A stretch of 64,000 bases of DNA from Antedon mediterranea. Lineage: Eukaryota > Animalia > Echinodermata. The notes under the pieces were generated by a model that saw nothing but the letters and a program-made list of their open reading frames with translations, was not told the origin of the DNA and made no database searches. Every line of letters begins with the position of its first letter. The first letter of the stretch is position 1. Positions 51,901 to 64,000 of this stretch are shown here, in pieces. Position numbers and translations under genes: made by a program. The DNA lies in the NCBI RefSeq assembly GCF_964355755.1, contig NC_092671.1, positions 7,626,001 to 7,690,000 on the forward strand. Direction: 5' to 3'.

Positions 51901-52912
51901 TCTGTAATCGCGTATCTAAATTGTAAAAGTAATATTAAATTTGATTACAGTATAAGAATTAATGACACTGTACTGTAGTTAGGAATTAATTTGCATGGGC
52001 GTTGAGTGCAATTCTAGTTCTAGTATCAGGACTTTGTCTGTACCACAATCTAAATATGAGGCATGCGAGTGCGATCAAAAGCCTAACACACACGTAAAAG
52101 CGCCTTCAGAGCAAATGAAAATTTGGTTTTAGTCGTGATATGTTTTTAGTATCAGTATGAGATAGTTAATAGAACATAATGTTATACTTACATATGGGGA
52201 GGTAACTCATACAAGTTCATTCCGCGATACTCGCTAATATTATTTTGTGAAAACAAAGGCAGAGGTTTGTAGGGGTTCACTGATACTACAACTTTGCCAA
52301 TATACGTCTGAAAAAAAGGGAAAAAAATTGTTTTTAATTATACATTATAATAGTAAAGGACACCATTGGAATTAAGCTGTTTCAGCTTTATGGGTCATCC
52401 TGGTATTTTTGTTGTATTTCTTGAGTACCGAATGAAACAAACAAACAAACAAATATACCATAAGCGATATCATGAATCACTCAGCCTGAATCGTGTGGTC
52501 AATAATTTAAAATCTTTACGTCAAAAATTCATGTTTTTTTTGTTTTTTTTTATTCTATAAAGTGGTACTGCAATTTTTACCAGTCAATAACCTTTCATGT
52601 TACTCTACTTTTTGATATTTTACATGCAAATAAAATCTGTTAGGAGACAGTTATTTTTTATTAGTAGTTATCTGCTGTTAACAAAACCTTTGAAACTTTA
52701 TTATATAAAACAAACAATACATTGAGATCTTTATCTAGATAGTAGATACTCACATATATCTCGTTTGCTTTAAATCTTTTTTGCAAGTTTTCAACAAACG
52801 CGTCTTCGGTCAATGGTTCAAGGAGGACGCAGTCACTGACTCCAATCATATTGTCCAGCAACGACATCATCTGGCTGTCCCCCGCCCTTGACGGGCCGTT
52901 AGAAAGCGCCAT
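30909..52912 (-). CDS. MYO1B: Unconventional myosin-Ib (class I: motor, IQ neck, TH1 tail), 25 coding exons, about 1084 aa
   Basis: Exons (- strand): 52754-52912, 52192-52307, 51821-51915, 51478-51582, 50431-50477, 48412-48475, 47617-47715, 44288-44394, 43577-43724, 42818-43023, 38890-38955, 38510-38677, 38146-38340, 37303-37473, 36698-36763, 35010-35077, 34584-34800, 34109-34414, 33819-33893, 33538-33669, 33198-33304, 32837-32972, 31982-32134, 31580-31707, 30909-31029; total 3255 nt. P-loop GESGAGKT, switch I NDNSSRFGKY, switch II DIYGFE, IQ motifs and a TH1-like tail. SLLDNMIGV and YVAAVCGKG match the MYO1A/B subfamily as I recall it. An in-frame TAG lies just upstream of the ATG. Confidence 0.95.
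32251..32401. mobile_element. PIF/Harbinger-type MITE, family 1, second copy
   Basis: Near-identical to 30323-30501 apart from an internal deletion; TAA TSD. Confidence 0.85.
35491..36560. mobile_element. 1.07-kb non-autonomous PIF/Harbinger element
   Basis: 18-bp perfect TIR GACCCCATTTACACTTCA / TGAAGTGTAAATGGGGTC; TAA TSD; subterminal AGTGTAAACAC and GCCGGC repeats. Confidence 0.88.
35793..36200. mobile_element. Nested MITE with ~95-bp imperfect TIRs inside the Harbinger element
   Basis: ATACGCCTTTTT..GAAGACATCTTCGATC..AACAGAAATAACATAGCGTTTTCA is mirrored at ~36100-36200. Confidence 0.75.
39896..39913 (-). CDS. Candidate 18-nt myosin-Ib microexon (SYTRKK)
   Basis: cttttccttatatatctttttacctgtcag|TCTTATACAAGAAAGAAG|gtatac, in a phase-0 intron, in frame. 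Confidence 0.5.
39963..40110. mobile_element. Second, internally deleted copy of the Penelope-like inverted element
   Basis: Shares TTTGAAGGTTTGCATGGCGAAATCAAATGTTGATA (reverse complement of ~11029-11063) and TATATTAGTTCTGAAA; 28-bp perfect inverted repeat 40020-40047 / 40055-40082. Confidence 0.6.
40984..41010 (-). CDS. Candidate 27-nt myosin-Ib microexon (ESKDNAKNK)
   Basis: ttattttaaacacag|GAATCCAAAGACAATGCAAAAAATAAG|gtaccg, phase 0, in frame. Confidence 0.5.
41474..41633. mobile_element. PIF/Harbinger-type MITE, family 2 (partial or diverged copies at ~37620-37764, ~39598-39708, ~51610-51712)
   Basis: TIR AGCTCTGTCTACACTATCAAA / TTTGATAGTGTAGACAGAGCT with TAA TSD. Confidence 0.88.
42210..42212 (-). 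CDS. Candidate 3-nt myosin-Ib microexon (GAG, Glu)
   Basis: Long U-rich tract, then atgctggattttcttggctacaaaatag|GAG|gtgaga, in a phase-0 intron. Confidence 0.45.
44098..44170 (-). mobile_element. Degenerate tRNA-derived SINE head
   Basis: Minus-strand A-box-like GGTGGTCTAGG and B-box-like GGTTTGAGTCCC at tRNA-like spacing; no intact cloverleaf. Confidence 0.4.
46931..46933 (-). CDS. Candidate 3-nt myosin-Ib microexon (AGG; changes LM-N-EL to LM-KD-EL)
   Basis: ttttgtctattttctctttcattgtacacttgtcctttcttcag|AGG|gtaagt: strong acceptor and consensus donor 3 nt apart in a phase-1 intron. Confidence 0.55.
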
Positions 52913-55900
52913 TTTCTAGTTGATAAGAATCAGATCTGAAAGATAAAATTATTAAATAATTTCACTGAACAAGAAAAAAGTCATATTGTTTAACAAGAAT
53001 AACAATTTTAAATATAAAACATAAATAAGAAACGAGAAATTGTTTCAAATTTAATACATACGGTAATACAAATAAACACAATTTTAAAACAACATCATGA
53101 TGTAAAAAAAAAACAATACAGTACTGTATATCGTTTCATTTGTAACAAGACTTTATCAAAATACAGCTGCTTGTGTTATTAAATTTGTTTTGGTACTATT
53201 ATACTTGAATTCGATTACGGTACTTTATTTCTGTGAAATCAACAAATTGTTTTCTTAGAAAAATGGAACAATACAAAATTCTATGAAATTTCACAAAAGT
53301 TGTATTTCTAAAAATACTTAGTTTGCTGTTTTTCTAACATAAGATGTCGAACAACAAATTTTGACAAAAATCACATTTATTTCTCATAAACCCACCCGCC
53401 AACTCAGAATGAAACGACTGTGAATTTGTGTGCTCATAATACCTACATAATGTATCATGTTTATAGCATGCAAAGTGTAATAATTCAAAAGAATGTGTTG
53501 CTATAAAGAAAGTGATTTGGTCGTGGGCTGCATTGGTCTAGTCTAAGAGAAGAAGGAGACTCCTAACACATTGATATTACTCACAGCAGGTCCTAAACAC
53601 AGCACTAGCTTTATCTCATGAAGGGAGCACCAAAACATTAACTGTCACAATATAGGGGCTTACCTATCAATTACATGCTACGTCATACTGACCTACATTC
53701 AATGGGTATAGGAAGGGCATGTTATTAAATGGGGTGGTGAATGTTTGTGTTCACATTAATGTTGGCTTGAAGGGGGTGAAATAATAATTGCCTAACATAC
53801 ATTGGAAAGGTCTCATTCATAACCAATTGTGTAACAGCTATACTTTATAAAATAAAAATATAATAAGTTTATAAAATAAAACTTTAATTCCGTGCCCCTT
53901 TTTTCATCAAATTTTTCAGCCTTATTACTGTACTTTTTTATATATTATTTCAATCTTTTTTCCTTTATGGTTACAGTATGGCCACTGGATTTTAACAAAA
54001 ATATTTTTGTCTTGTCCTCAAGAATGATCAAAAACTCAAAACATTTGAATAATACATTTTAGACAACTTGGCCGATACTGTAATTTTTCCAGATGACATT
54101 ACATTAAAAAAAAAAATCCTGAAACATAGTTTTTCGTATTTTACTCTACAAATAAAAGTATAATAGCGTTAACCATCAGGTTGATAACCCTGAAGTATCA
54201 TTCAATCAGTCCCAATATGGCATTCCAAAATGCTGATATCATATTCATATCGTTTGAAACAAAACACTCCCCCATATCTCATACAGAAATATTTGTATCA
54301 AATGAAAATTAAATTTGAAAGAATCAATCAAAGAAAGGGTATTGACTTGCTAGCAAATTAACTACAAAAAGTATAATAATATCTATTTTCTAACAGTTTG
54401 ATTCAATTTGGTGGAATATGAAAAATGGCAGAAAAACAAGAGAAAAACATTTACAATTACCCAATTAGCGCCAACTTCTTTGCAAATGTTAATGTGTTAA
54501 ACAAATCAACAAACAAAAAGTAGAATTGTTGTATAATACCAATAACTGAAATATTTACATAAATTTATATAAACAATTGCTGGAACTTAGAGCCTGTTCA
54601 GGCCTACAGAGGAAATTTTTTTGTATCATATGCGGTGTAGGTCTAAATATATCCTTAGATATAAAATAAATATGCAAAGATTTTAACAAAATATGTATAA
54701 AGTCAGAATTAACTAATTTTTCTTACTCTCTGTCAACAAAAAATTACACAATCAATCAAAAAAAAAATTATTAAAAAAAATTCCCCAAAAAAAAAAATTA
54801 AAAGCAAATACACATAGTAGGTATTCCACAATGTTAATTGATAGACACCCAAGACACCTACTGTAGTGTGTGTTTGTTGATATAGGTGTAAACCACTGTG
54901 TCCTACATACACAGGTTAAATGGAGTCAATCTCATTTGCCAATGAAGACACATGATAAATGATTAATGGAGATAGTGTATCATACAATATAGCACAGTTC
55001 CCTTTCTTTCTTTCATTTCTTTCTTTCATTTATTTGGCATCTCAATACATAACATTAAAAATACATCAATAATATATATAATCACCTTAAATATTAAAAT
55101 ACATCAAAAAAGCAAATAAAAATGGCGGGATAAATGAAGTCTGACGATGCACGGGAAAACACATAAAGTCGTTTAAAGTAAAACAACTTAATTCCAATGT
55201 GGTCCCTAAAAAGATAGTAATTATAATTTTAACAAAACAAACATTATAAGATGGGGTTCATAAATATATAAGCATATAAGCAAAACATCTGATAAAATGG
55301 CACAATAATAATTTATCTATGTTTAATTTTGTAATATTGTTTCAATTCAGTTTTAAATTTAGATGTGTTGGAAATTTGTTTAATACACAATGAGTACTAA
55401 AGGCTTTGATACTGCTTCATGGATCAAAATTACTATAAACACATATATATATACATTGCATTACACATTTTAATAAATAAATTTTGTCTTTTGGCAACCA
55501 TCATTTCAGATCTAAAGTGTTCATCTAATGGTAAAAGTAGTATTTTGTGGGATTTGTGATGGAATGTACCATTATATTTTTTTACAATGGCATTTACTGT
55601 ATTATGGAAAATCTTACTCTCCTTGAGGTGGTCAATGGTAGTTTATTCAGGTAAGTATTCGGATAATAGACATTGATGAGATACAATTGTTTACTGTAGT
55701 TTATAGTAGGTGCAGTTGTGAAGGAGCAGGTGTTTTAAAAGTGCATAAATTATAATCAAAATAGATAAATATTTTGTGCATAAAATCTATTACATTTCTT
55801 GTCTATAGTACTTAAACATATCTCAGCTGGCTGAATGATTTATAATTTTAACTTCTAATCTCTTCTTTAGATTCATTTAATTCTAACTTCTTCTAACAAG

Positions 55901-58900
55901 TTTCACAGTTAAAATCGGTTGTAATTCAACTCTGATAGGTTTCAGAATGCAACATTAGGCAAGCGCTTTTCAGGGGGAGTGGGGAGGCGGACACTGTACA
56001 TATTTCATACTGTTGTATTTGAATGTAAAACTGGTTAAACCACAATTTAACTCTGATTTGAACTCAAGAATTTATAGAGAACTGTTTACTACTACAGTAC
56101 TATATCTGTGGTTGGTCTTCAAATGGAAAAGATGTGGTTTTAAAATAACTAAACAAACATCACCAAAACCACAAACATAAGAGTGAGGCATCCTCACAGG
56201 GCGTGGCTAGTCTTTCCATACATATTGTATACAATTAGAACTGCTATTAGATATTCTAATCTATGAACTATTACTTTGTCTACTTGAGAATTATCATCAG
56301 ATAAACTTAAACTATCACATTAAAAATTTATATTAAGGCGTGTCCAAGGTTCAATTGATAACAATAATAATCGTATGGCGGCATAATTAGTCCACCATCT
56401 TGAAACAAATAAGCCTTAGACTTAGAGCCTGTTCACACATACTGTAAGGCACACTGTACATAGAACTATGTATAAATATTTCAAAAGGAAACTAAATACT
56501 GGAAAAATAAAACTACTAAAGTGTACACGATTCAATAATTTATTAGAATGTTATATTTTTGTAAATAATTATAATAACTATCATTTATAATACACACAAC
56601 AAAGCAGGAAATATCCCTCATGAATATTAAAATATGTGTTTTTTCAAGCACAATATTGTACAGTAGGATAAATGTGTTGATGTTTGCTATATACCCTAGA
56701 TTTCAGACATTGTTTTGATTAACTTCACTAAATTCACTAAATTCATTCCTCCAATGAATGTATGTAATGAAACATCAATCAAAAACATATAAATAAACAA
56801 GGCAATTACTGTACTAGGTTTTAATTACAGTAGGATTAATTGTAAAATAAACTAATACATAATGATCAATTAAAAAAGTTATAATTGTTACTTATACTGT
56901 ATAAGACATGCAATTAAAAAATGTAATAATGATTAGTAATAAGGTTACATGTTGAAATAAAAACATGATTTATTTCATCTACAGTGTACTGAACCAATAA
57001 ACATATGCTTCAATCTATGGTATGAGAAAATAACTTGTGCTGCATACACAGTATATCATAAAAATCTGGTTGACACAAATTTCCATTTTTAATTTGAGGC
57101 GATGCAACTTGTGGAGAGTTGACAAGTTGCGGGAGGTGCCGAACAAATGTGTAAAACCATATGTATGCAAAAATGTCAATGTGCGCATAACAAACTTGTG
57201 AATTGTGCGTAACCTAATGTTCCAGAGCTTTGCCTGCCATGCAGTTGTTAGTCGATTGTATTTGGCTATACAGTAGAATATACTTTACTTTCTGCATGGA
57301 TTTAGAATGATAGACCTACTGTATGCAGAACATGTGGATAACATAGCGTATACAGTAATATTGTGTAGTGTTTACACAAGGTGTAAATTATTCATAAAAT
57401 ATAAATACCACCTAAATGCAGAGCAGTGTGAAAAGAATGTTATGTGTCAATGGGATAATTAGTACATTATAATCCCTGCATATGTCACATAAGGTACTGT
57501 AGGCAAAACGATTGAGTATTCCTGAAATCATGACTTCAAATGTTATCATTTGGTGTTTTGTCACTTGATGGACAAGACAAACTCTTTGCACACGTACATG
57601 AACATTGGTACCAAAAATGATGTTTCAAAATATTATTTATTAAAATGTATTTATGATTTATTACTCAAGTTTTTGGGAACAAGAGGTTTGTGGAAATGTT
57701 ATTACTTGATTAGAGATTGTATGTACATAATATCATTGGTTTCCGCTTGAAGGCTATAATGATCCTGTAGCAATGAAATGAAACATTTTCCTAACTACCT
57801 ACCCACGAAGATGCATTAAAATTCTTCCTCCACAGGAAGCTCTGCGGACTTATTAACCTTATCAGGGTTCGTCTCGTCTCGCTACGTAGCTACCTACAAC
57901 CTACTGGACATCAGTCGAGGTCAAGTGTCCAAATTATCTGATAATGGTGGTTATGAGATTGAGATGACCAACTGAAATTGAGCCAGGTGGTCAGAGGTTT
58001 TTTTTGCAAATTATCCACCTGTCTTAATTAAGGTACATGTAAATGAATAAAACCAAGATGATTGATTTAAACACGACCACCTGTAATCAAATTGACTAAT
58101 ATAATAGATACTTTAGTAGTTACTATAACTAAGTACAGCTATGCTATTTCAAATTATTTAATTCTGATGCCAAGACTTAACCCATTTAGTTTATCACTTC
58201 TATAATAGGCTATAACATTTAGTTGTTGTAATAATAGTTATTTTAATCTACTGTAGGTACAACATATTAGTAGTATGAAAAATATTGTATTTATGTGATT
58301 TACAGTTTGAAGTCAGATATATCGCATAATTATATATATTTTAGGCTTACATTACAGTACAAGTTAAAAAAAAAAATATGTTTTAGCAGCAGAGAGGTTA
58401 AAATGTAGAAGAAATTTGGATTCAAATGGCAAACTCAAAACTGATGAAAAGAGAAATATGTTTACAGTACAAAGGAAATGATATTTACAGTGTCTGGCTT
58501 CACATATGTTTACCAGTACCAGTTCATTTAATTGTTGAATATTATATCGGCGCTAGTACTCAAACCTAACCATAATACATTCCTACTTTGTGTTAGGGAT
58601 GGCATTAGGGTTAGGTCACCATCAACACCTACTAGTATGACCATGCACATGGCATATGAACCAGGGAAGAGTTTCACTTGTCCCTGCTATGAATGTATTA
58701 TTTCGGAATAAAAACTGTTCATTTCTAGAATATGTTATGAATTTTTATTTAAAAAAATACTTTGAATTACCTGTTATACTTTCACCCTGGCCGACTAAAG
58801 AGCAAATACACCTACTACCTGTAACCGTTTCCTGTACAATATTTGACAATTAAATGGTTGTACAAAGAGGAGTAGGATAAAGGATAGACAGTGGTAAACC

Positions 58901-59273
58901 ACAGGTACAATAGTGTGGTATTGTGACGGCCTGATGATTCATTATCCAATCATGCGAGGCGACACAGATTGGTGGTTACATACCATACATTCATCTACAG
59001 TTTATTATGTTTGACTGGTACTGTACCGTACATCCAAGAATGGATACTAAGGGGCACCCTTAGTTACTGTAAAGACGGTCAAGCTACGTGATGGTGGTTT
59101 TTTAATATACAGTATTTTGCAGTGTATACTGTACAATGTTTATACCAAGATTAGTGATAATTACAATTACTCGTTATATCTAAGGATTGTGGTATTAGGG
59201 ACAACCTAATGATAGGAGCTTTAGCTGGTGGTCTAAAACATAAACGCACATAAAATTCTACTATTGTAGCATT

Positions 59274-59474
59274 CAGTGGCATAACGGCTATGAGCGCTCA
59301 CTGGCTAAACCCAGGGGGGCCCGGAGCTTATGGGGTCCCTGAGCAGTGCCCAGACGAAAAAAAACAGGCAATAAAATATGTTGAAAAAGACTAAAAACAC
59401 CCGAGGCCTCCAGCGTTGGAGGGCCACTTAAGGTTACTAAACCAGGGGCCTCAGGTCTCTATGTTACGCCACTG
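59274..59474. mobile_element. hAT-like MITE
   Basis: TIR CAGTGGCATAAC / GTTACGCCACTG; no 8-bp TSD visible. Confidence 0.55.
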
Positions 59475-59768
59475 AGTTATACATGTTAATACAGCAGTTA
59501 TGAGGTAATTGTTCCATTCACAAACCACCAAGTATAAAATTGAATTCAAATGACTTTTACAGTATGATAGGTTATGAACTTGAAAACAATAGAACAGGAA
59601 GGCATGATATTTACAAATAAGATCTTGATTATAGCTTATATATTGGTTTAAATGAAGCGTAAATGTAATATTTTAAACGAAAATGGAGTATTCTACATTG
59701 ATTTTCATAACATTTCAGTCATTTACACCTTCGTCACTCTTTCTATTTAAAAACTGGGTGTATGTTTA

Positions 59769-61905
59769 CAGTGGGAAAGCCACTTCGCGTTTTGACCGTT
59801 AAATCGTGTAAAATCGACTTACTTCCGCATTGACGATTTAGAAGCGCCACCTATCGTTGAAAACTGAAACCACGATTTTTCGTCGCCTAGCAAATAAGTG
59901 CTGTTTTATTTTAAGCTCCCAACATTACCTATTATGGTAAAAGCATTTGCTAATAAGTATAATTGAATAACCAATCGGTTTCCTTCAAAGAAACCGAAGC
60001 TAATACAATACATTCGGCGACTGAAGTCGGGACTCGTGAAATTTATAAATGTGGTACGATTTGACTACTGTTTTGTTGTCCATTTTCTGAATAGTCGGAG
60101 GTGCATCCCAACAAATTAAAAAAATTATAATCAATTGTTTTATCAAGAATAATATTAGTTTAATCGAGTATGATATATTTCTATCCTGTTCAAAATGTGT
60201 TGGTGTATTCTCAGGCCTCGAAAGGTAGGTACATTTTCTAGCTGTGAGCGTGGTTTCGGCAACGCGAGACACGTGTGTCAGTATAGGCGATAGCGAGACG
60301 TGTGTTGTACTGTGTTGATGCTGATCCGATAGTCGTTAGTTGTACTGGTTAAGAGTATCATTGGTCCTGGCCGGCCTAGCCTGGTGATCTGATCCCCCCC
60401 AAAAAAATACTTTTTTTCAATGAGTATTAATTTTATTTTTCATTTATTATTTGATTTATTAGGCTCAATAGATGCCTAGCTAGGCTACTAGTTAGTAGGC
60501 CTAGATTATATAAATAATAATAGTAAATACTGTAATATTAATTAATAAAATACAGCTTCCATTTCCCTTACTTTTATGTCATCATATAATATATTATAAT
60601 TATATATACAACCAGACATTAACATTTTTTTAAAAATAATATTTATTATTTTTTCTGACACTTTCAGGAAGCGTTGATGATGCAGAGTTCTTTGTCTTTG
60701 TGACTTCAAACTGAGAGTGAAGTGGATAAAAAGATGACACCGGTACCTACCGACATTGTCATATACCCAAACTATAATTTAATTATTTAAAACAAAATGT
60801 TGAATTACAAATATGTATGTTGCAGAGGATTTAGATGAATTACAATACAAATATTTATGTTGAATGCAAACCTACTACACTATACTCTGTAAATTATGTT
60901 ATTGTCATGTGGTAGACCTTAAAAATTGAATATTTATTGTATGTTAGGCCTATTTTATATTTTATTAATACTGTATTAATAATAATACTATTAATTTATA
61001 TTATACAGTACTAGTTTGTACATGTTTTTACCCCAAAAAAATGAATAAATAATTTGTTATTCAATCTAATTGCTTGTTTGTTCATCAATAACAAAACAAT
61101 TGTAAGCAAGTATATAACAGTTCTTGTTAGCCGCTTATTTCAGGTCATATTATTAATATTAGCTAGGCCCGACGCGCCCGATCACAACGTCACTAAGTGA
61201 CTTTCCGCCCCTGGAACAATCGCTCGCTAATAGGGCTAGGCCTCGGACTCGTATAAAAGCTATTATAATAGTTATGATAAATATTCCTCAACTAAAATGT
61301 ATACTGTGATAAATAAACAAGTAAATAATATACGTTGTATTGGAATGTATTTATTTATATGAATTCTTATACGCGGACAATTATAAACATCGCGTATATC
61401 GTTCGCTATAAATAAATTCATAAACACGATGACGATGTGTTTACAAAATGGCGGTTTCGCTAGTTTTCGATGGAACAAATAGTGGTACCTTTAGTTTGAA
61501 TAGTCGGAGCTGCATCCCAACCACCGAATTTTGTATCTTAATATCGTATTCTGTAGATTATTAATTTTTCTAACAGGGATTTTAAATTCAGGACTGTTCA
61601 ATTTTTCTAAATATTTTATTTTAACGATTTTCTAGGGTACAATTTCGGAAAAAAGACATTGGTTGATTTTGCCGTTAAATTACAGATTATCGTTTTGTTC
61701 AAATACATTTAATTTTACATAACAATATATTAAAACCATTTATGAATTCATTTCACTAACAATATTTTTCCGATAATCAGCTAAATTTACAAATATTGTG
61801 TTTTTCCAACACCCTAAAATTTAGCAATTTTGAACTAAATTAGAAAAGTAGGGCGCCCTCTCCGAGTCGAAATTTGACACGATTTGTCGACTGGCTGTCT
61901 CACTG
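59769..61905. mobile_element. 2.1-kb non-autonomous TIR element with CAGTG...CACTG termini and 4-bp TSD TTTA
   Basis: Imperfect TIR CAGTGGGAAAGCCA..AAATCGTGTAAAATCGACT versus reverse complement CAGTGAGACAGCCA..AAATCGTGTCAAATTTCGACT. TTTA at 59765-59768 and 61906-61909. Internal direct repeat GAATAGTCGGAG.TGCATCCCAAC. Confidence 0.65.
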
Positions 61906-64000
61906 TTTATGTTTCACAATATTAGATACCTGGAATATACCATTGAATAGATTACATGGTTTAATAACTTAACACTGGAGTACACCGTCACACCTTTATT
62001 AAATCTTTCCTGTACTATATGTCTCTGACAACCATACATCCTGTATTATCTAATAAAACTTTTTTTTTTATTCTTTGGAAATCTAATCTATTGAATTATC
62101 TGGAATGTACTGTCATTATATGGTATTGGTACTATCTTTACCTACTGTACCTGAACAAACCTACAATAGCCTATTATTAAACCAGTGAGGAGAAAACCAT
62201 CTATAAGAATAAACAAACAAAACTATTGTACAAATTGACCACTCACCCACATGTATAGAGTAATGGGTCATACAGTACAATGTGTACATAAAACTCATAT
62301 AAAGAAACATATTAATATTTCAACTGACAGTACCAAGTAGGCTCAATTTGATGGCCACCTCAAGTACAGATTTAAAGCTACTGTACTGTAGGTATACATA
62401 CAGTACATCCATTGCTAAAATAAATCATGCGCTGTGAGCTTGTGCTTAAAGCACAAAGTAAACATATCCCAGTGAAAAAAAATTCTCTTTACACAAGGAT
62501 AGCATCCGATTCTATTAAATAAATAGTAAAGTCTATTTATCTATTGGCCCCTGGATTATATTTTAATAGCAGAACACAAGAAATATGGAGACAACCTGCT
62601 CTACCAATGCAAACGATACAGTTATTCCAGTACAATCCAAAAAGAGTTTTGCATTATAAAACACAATTACATATTACATATATAGTAAGGAAAGCTTTCT
62701 TTTTCACAAAAACCTATAAAATGTTTATTAATTTTAATCTTACAAAAGATAGTCAAAAGAAATGGTTCTAATATATTGAATTAAAATAATTTTATGAATG
62801 GCATTCTACAGTATAATCTTAATCCAGTCTGGGTCAATAGTTGCAGTTTACAATTATACAGTACTATATAACAATATGAATTAGGGCAACCGAACTTCTG
62901 TATATTTCCATTACACACCCACTTCACCTGAATACAAAGGAAGGAATTCCTGGACCAGCACACATGTAAATTATATGGACGAATTAACTTTACTGTACTG
63001 TAACTGTAAGAATTGATATCTTCATAACAGTGTACACTAACTATTATGAGGACTAATTTATGAATAAATAAGCACGGATTCAGGCTGGGGCTAAACAGGC
63101 TTTAGCCCCCATCCCCTAAAATATCTTTTAAAAATAAATTAATGACTATTTCTATATGCAACCCTACATTTTTATCGTTTATGAAATATTAAGCCCCCCA
63201 AATCTATAAAGCTGGATCCGCCCCTGTAAATGACTGTCCAATCACTATACTATATGTACCTCCCTGGCCAAACAGAATTAGATCATTTTGAGGCTGACAA
63301 CCAAGGATGTACAATAATGTGCTGGGCGTGTTTGGACAGCAACCCCCACCTTTAAAGTCTTCAGCCTACTATACCACAGCCTAATTTAACCACGGAGGAA
63401 TTGTATTTTAACATAGTACCCATCCAAGAAAAATCTTGATATTTAAAAAAGTACCTTTAATACCACCCATCCTACTGTACAGTATTGTTCTTTTATGTTC
63501 AAGTATGAAAAGTATGATTCATTTGCAGTAACAAATAATCTCTCATCCTTCTAAATAAAAATGTCAATCAATAACTACATAATATCGCCCTTATAAATAT
63601 TAATGAATGAAGGGGCAACCAATGGTGTAAATATTGTTTTATACAAATCATCTTCTGTACAGTAAAAAATTGCAAAAAGTAATTTTACTAATGGCATTAT
63701 GAATTAAATAATGCCTGGTAGATTACCAGCAATATACGTTAGGTCTATGCACTTTATTTATTTGCAAGTTCATTTTAGCGGAATATTGTTTAAATTTTAT
63801 TATTTATGTTGTTATCTCTGTTCTTATTTCAATCATACACACTGTCTGTGCATGTTACCATTTAAGTTATTGTAAATGTAGAGTATGATTATTCTATGTA
63901 TTGAAAAGTTTCTAAATAAATGTTGAATGAATTAAAAAATGTACAAATTTGGTATCCATATTTGAAAAGATTGTTTGACGCTGATGGTGCTATGGTATTG

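Noticed and set aside
54727-54729. CAG|AGA|GTAAGA 3-nt microexon-like site upstream of the myosin start
   Set aside because: It lies 5' of an in-frame stop, so it would be non-coding; no supporting evidence.
52936-64000. Non-coding first exon(s) and promoter of myosin-Ib, and short ORFs in this region
   Set aside because: An acceptor at 52936 implies an upstream exon, but it cannot be placed from sequence alone; the ORFs are short, AT-rich and lack motifs.

Overview
AT-rich animal genomic DNA with GT-AG introns and no prokaryotic features; a marine invertebrate, possibly an echinoderm, is my inference only. Three spliced genes were reconstructed by hand. (1) A 5-exon METTL27/WBSCR27-like SAM methyltransferase (- strand, 1060-3238). 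(2) An uncharacterised 14-exon gene of about 976 aa (+ strand, 11778-20340), built from six tandem copies of a two-exon double zinc-finger module, with an N-terminal DHSY motif. (3) A 25-coding-exon unconventional myosin-Ib (- strand, 30909-52912) whose two long motor-domain introns hold candidate frame-preserving microexons of 3, 3, 27 and 18 nt. Between the convergent 3' ends of genes 2 and 3 lies a 7.9-kb satellite made entirely of two palindromic monomers (an 89-bp unit with a 76-nt hairpin and a ~108-bp palindrome). It reads as a head-to-tail array of MITE-like elements and has higher-order repeats. The rest is rich in transposon relics: a three-level nest (CACTA-like inside TGT..ACA Ginger-like inside a LINE), Harbinger- and pogo-type MITEs, and a Penelope-like fragment with a hammerhead-ribozyme-like core. 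All gene models and family assignments come from reading the sequence, not from database searches.
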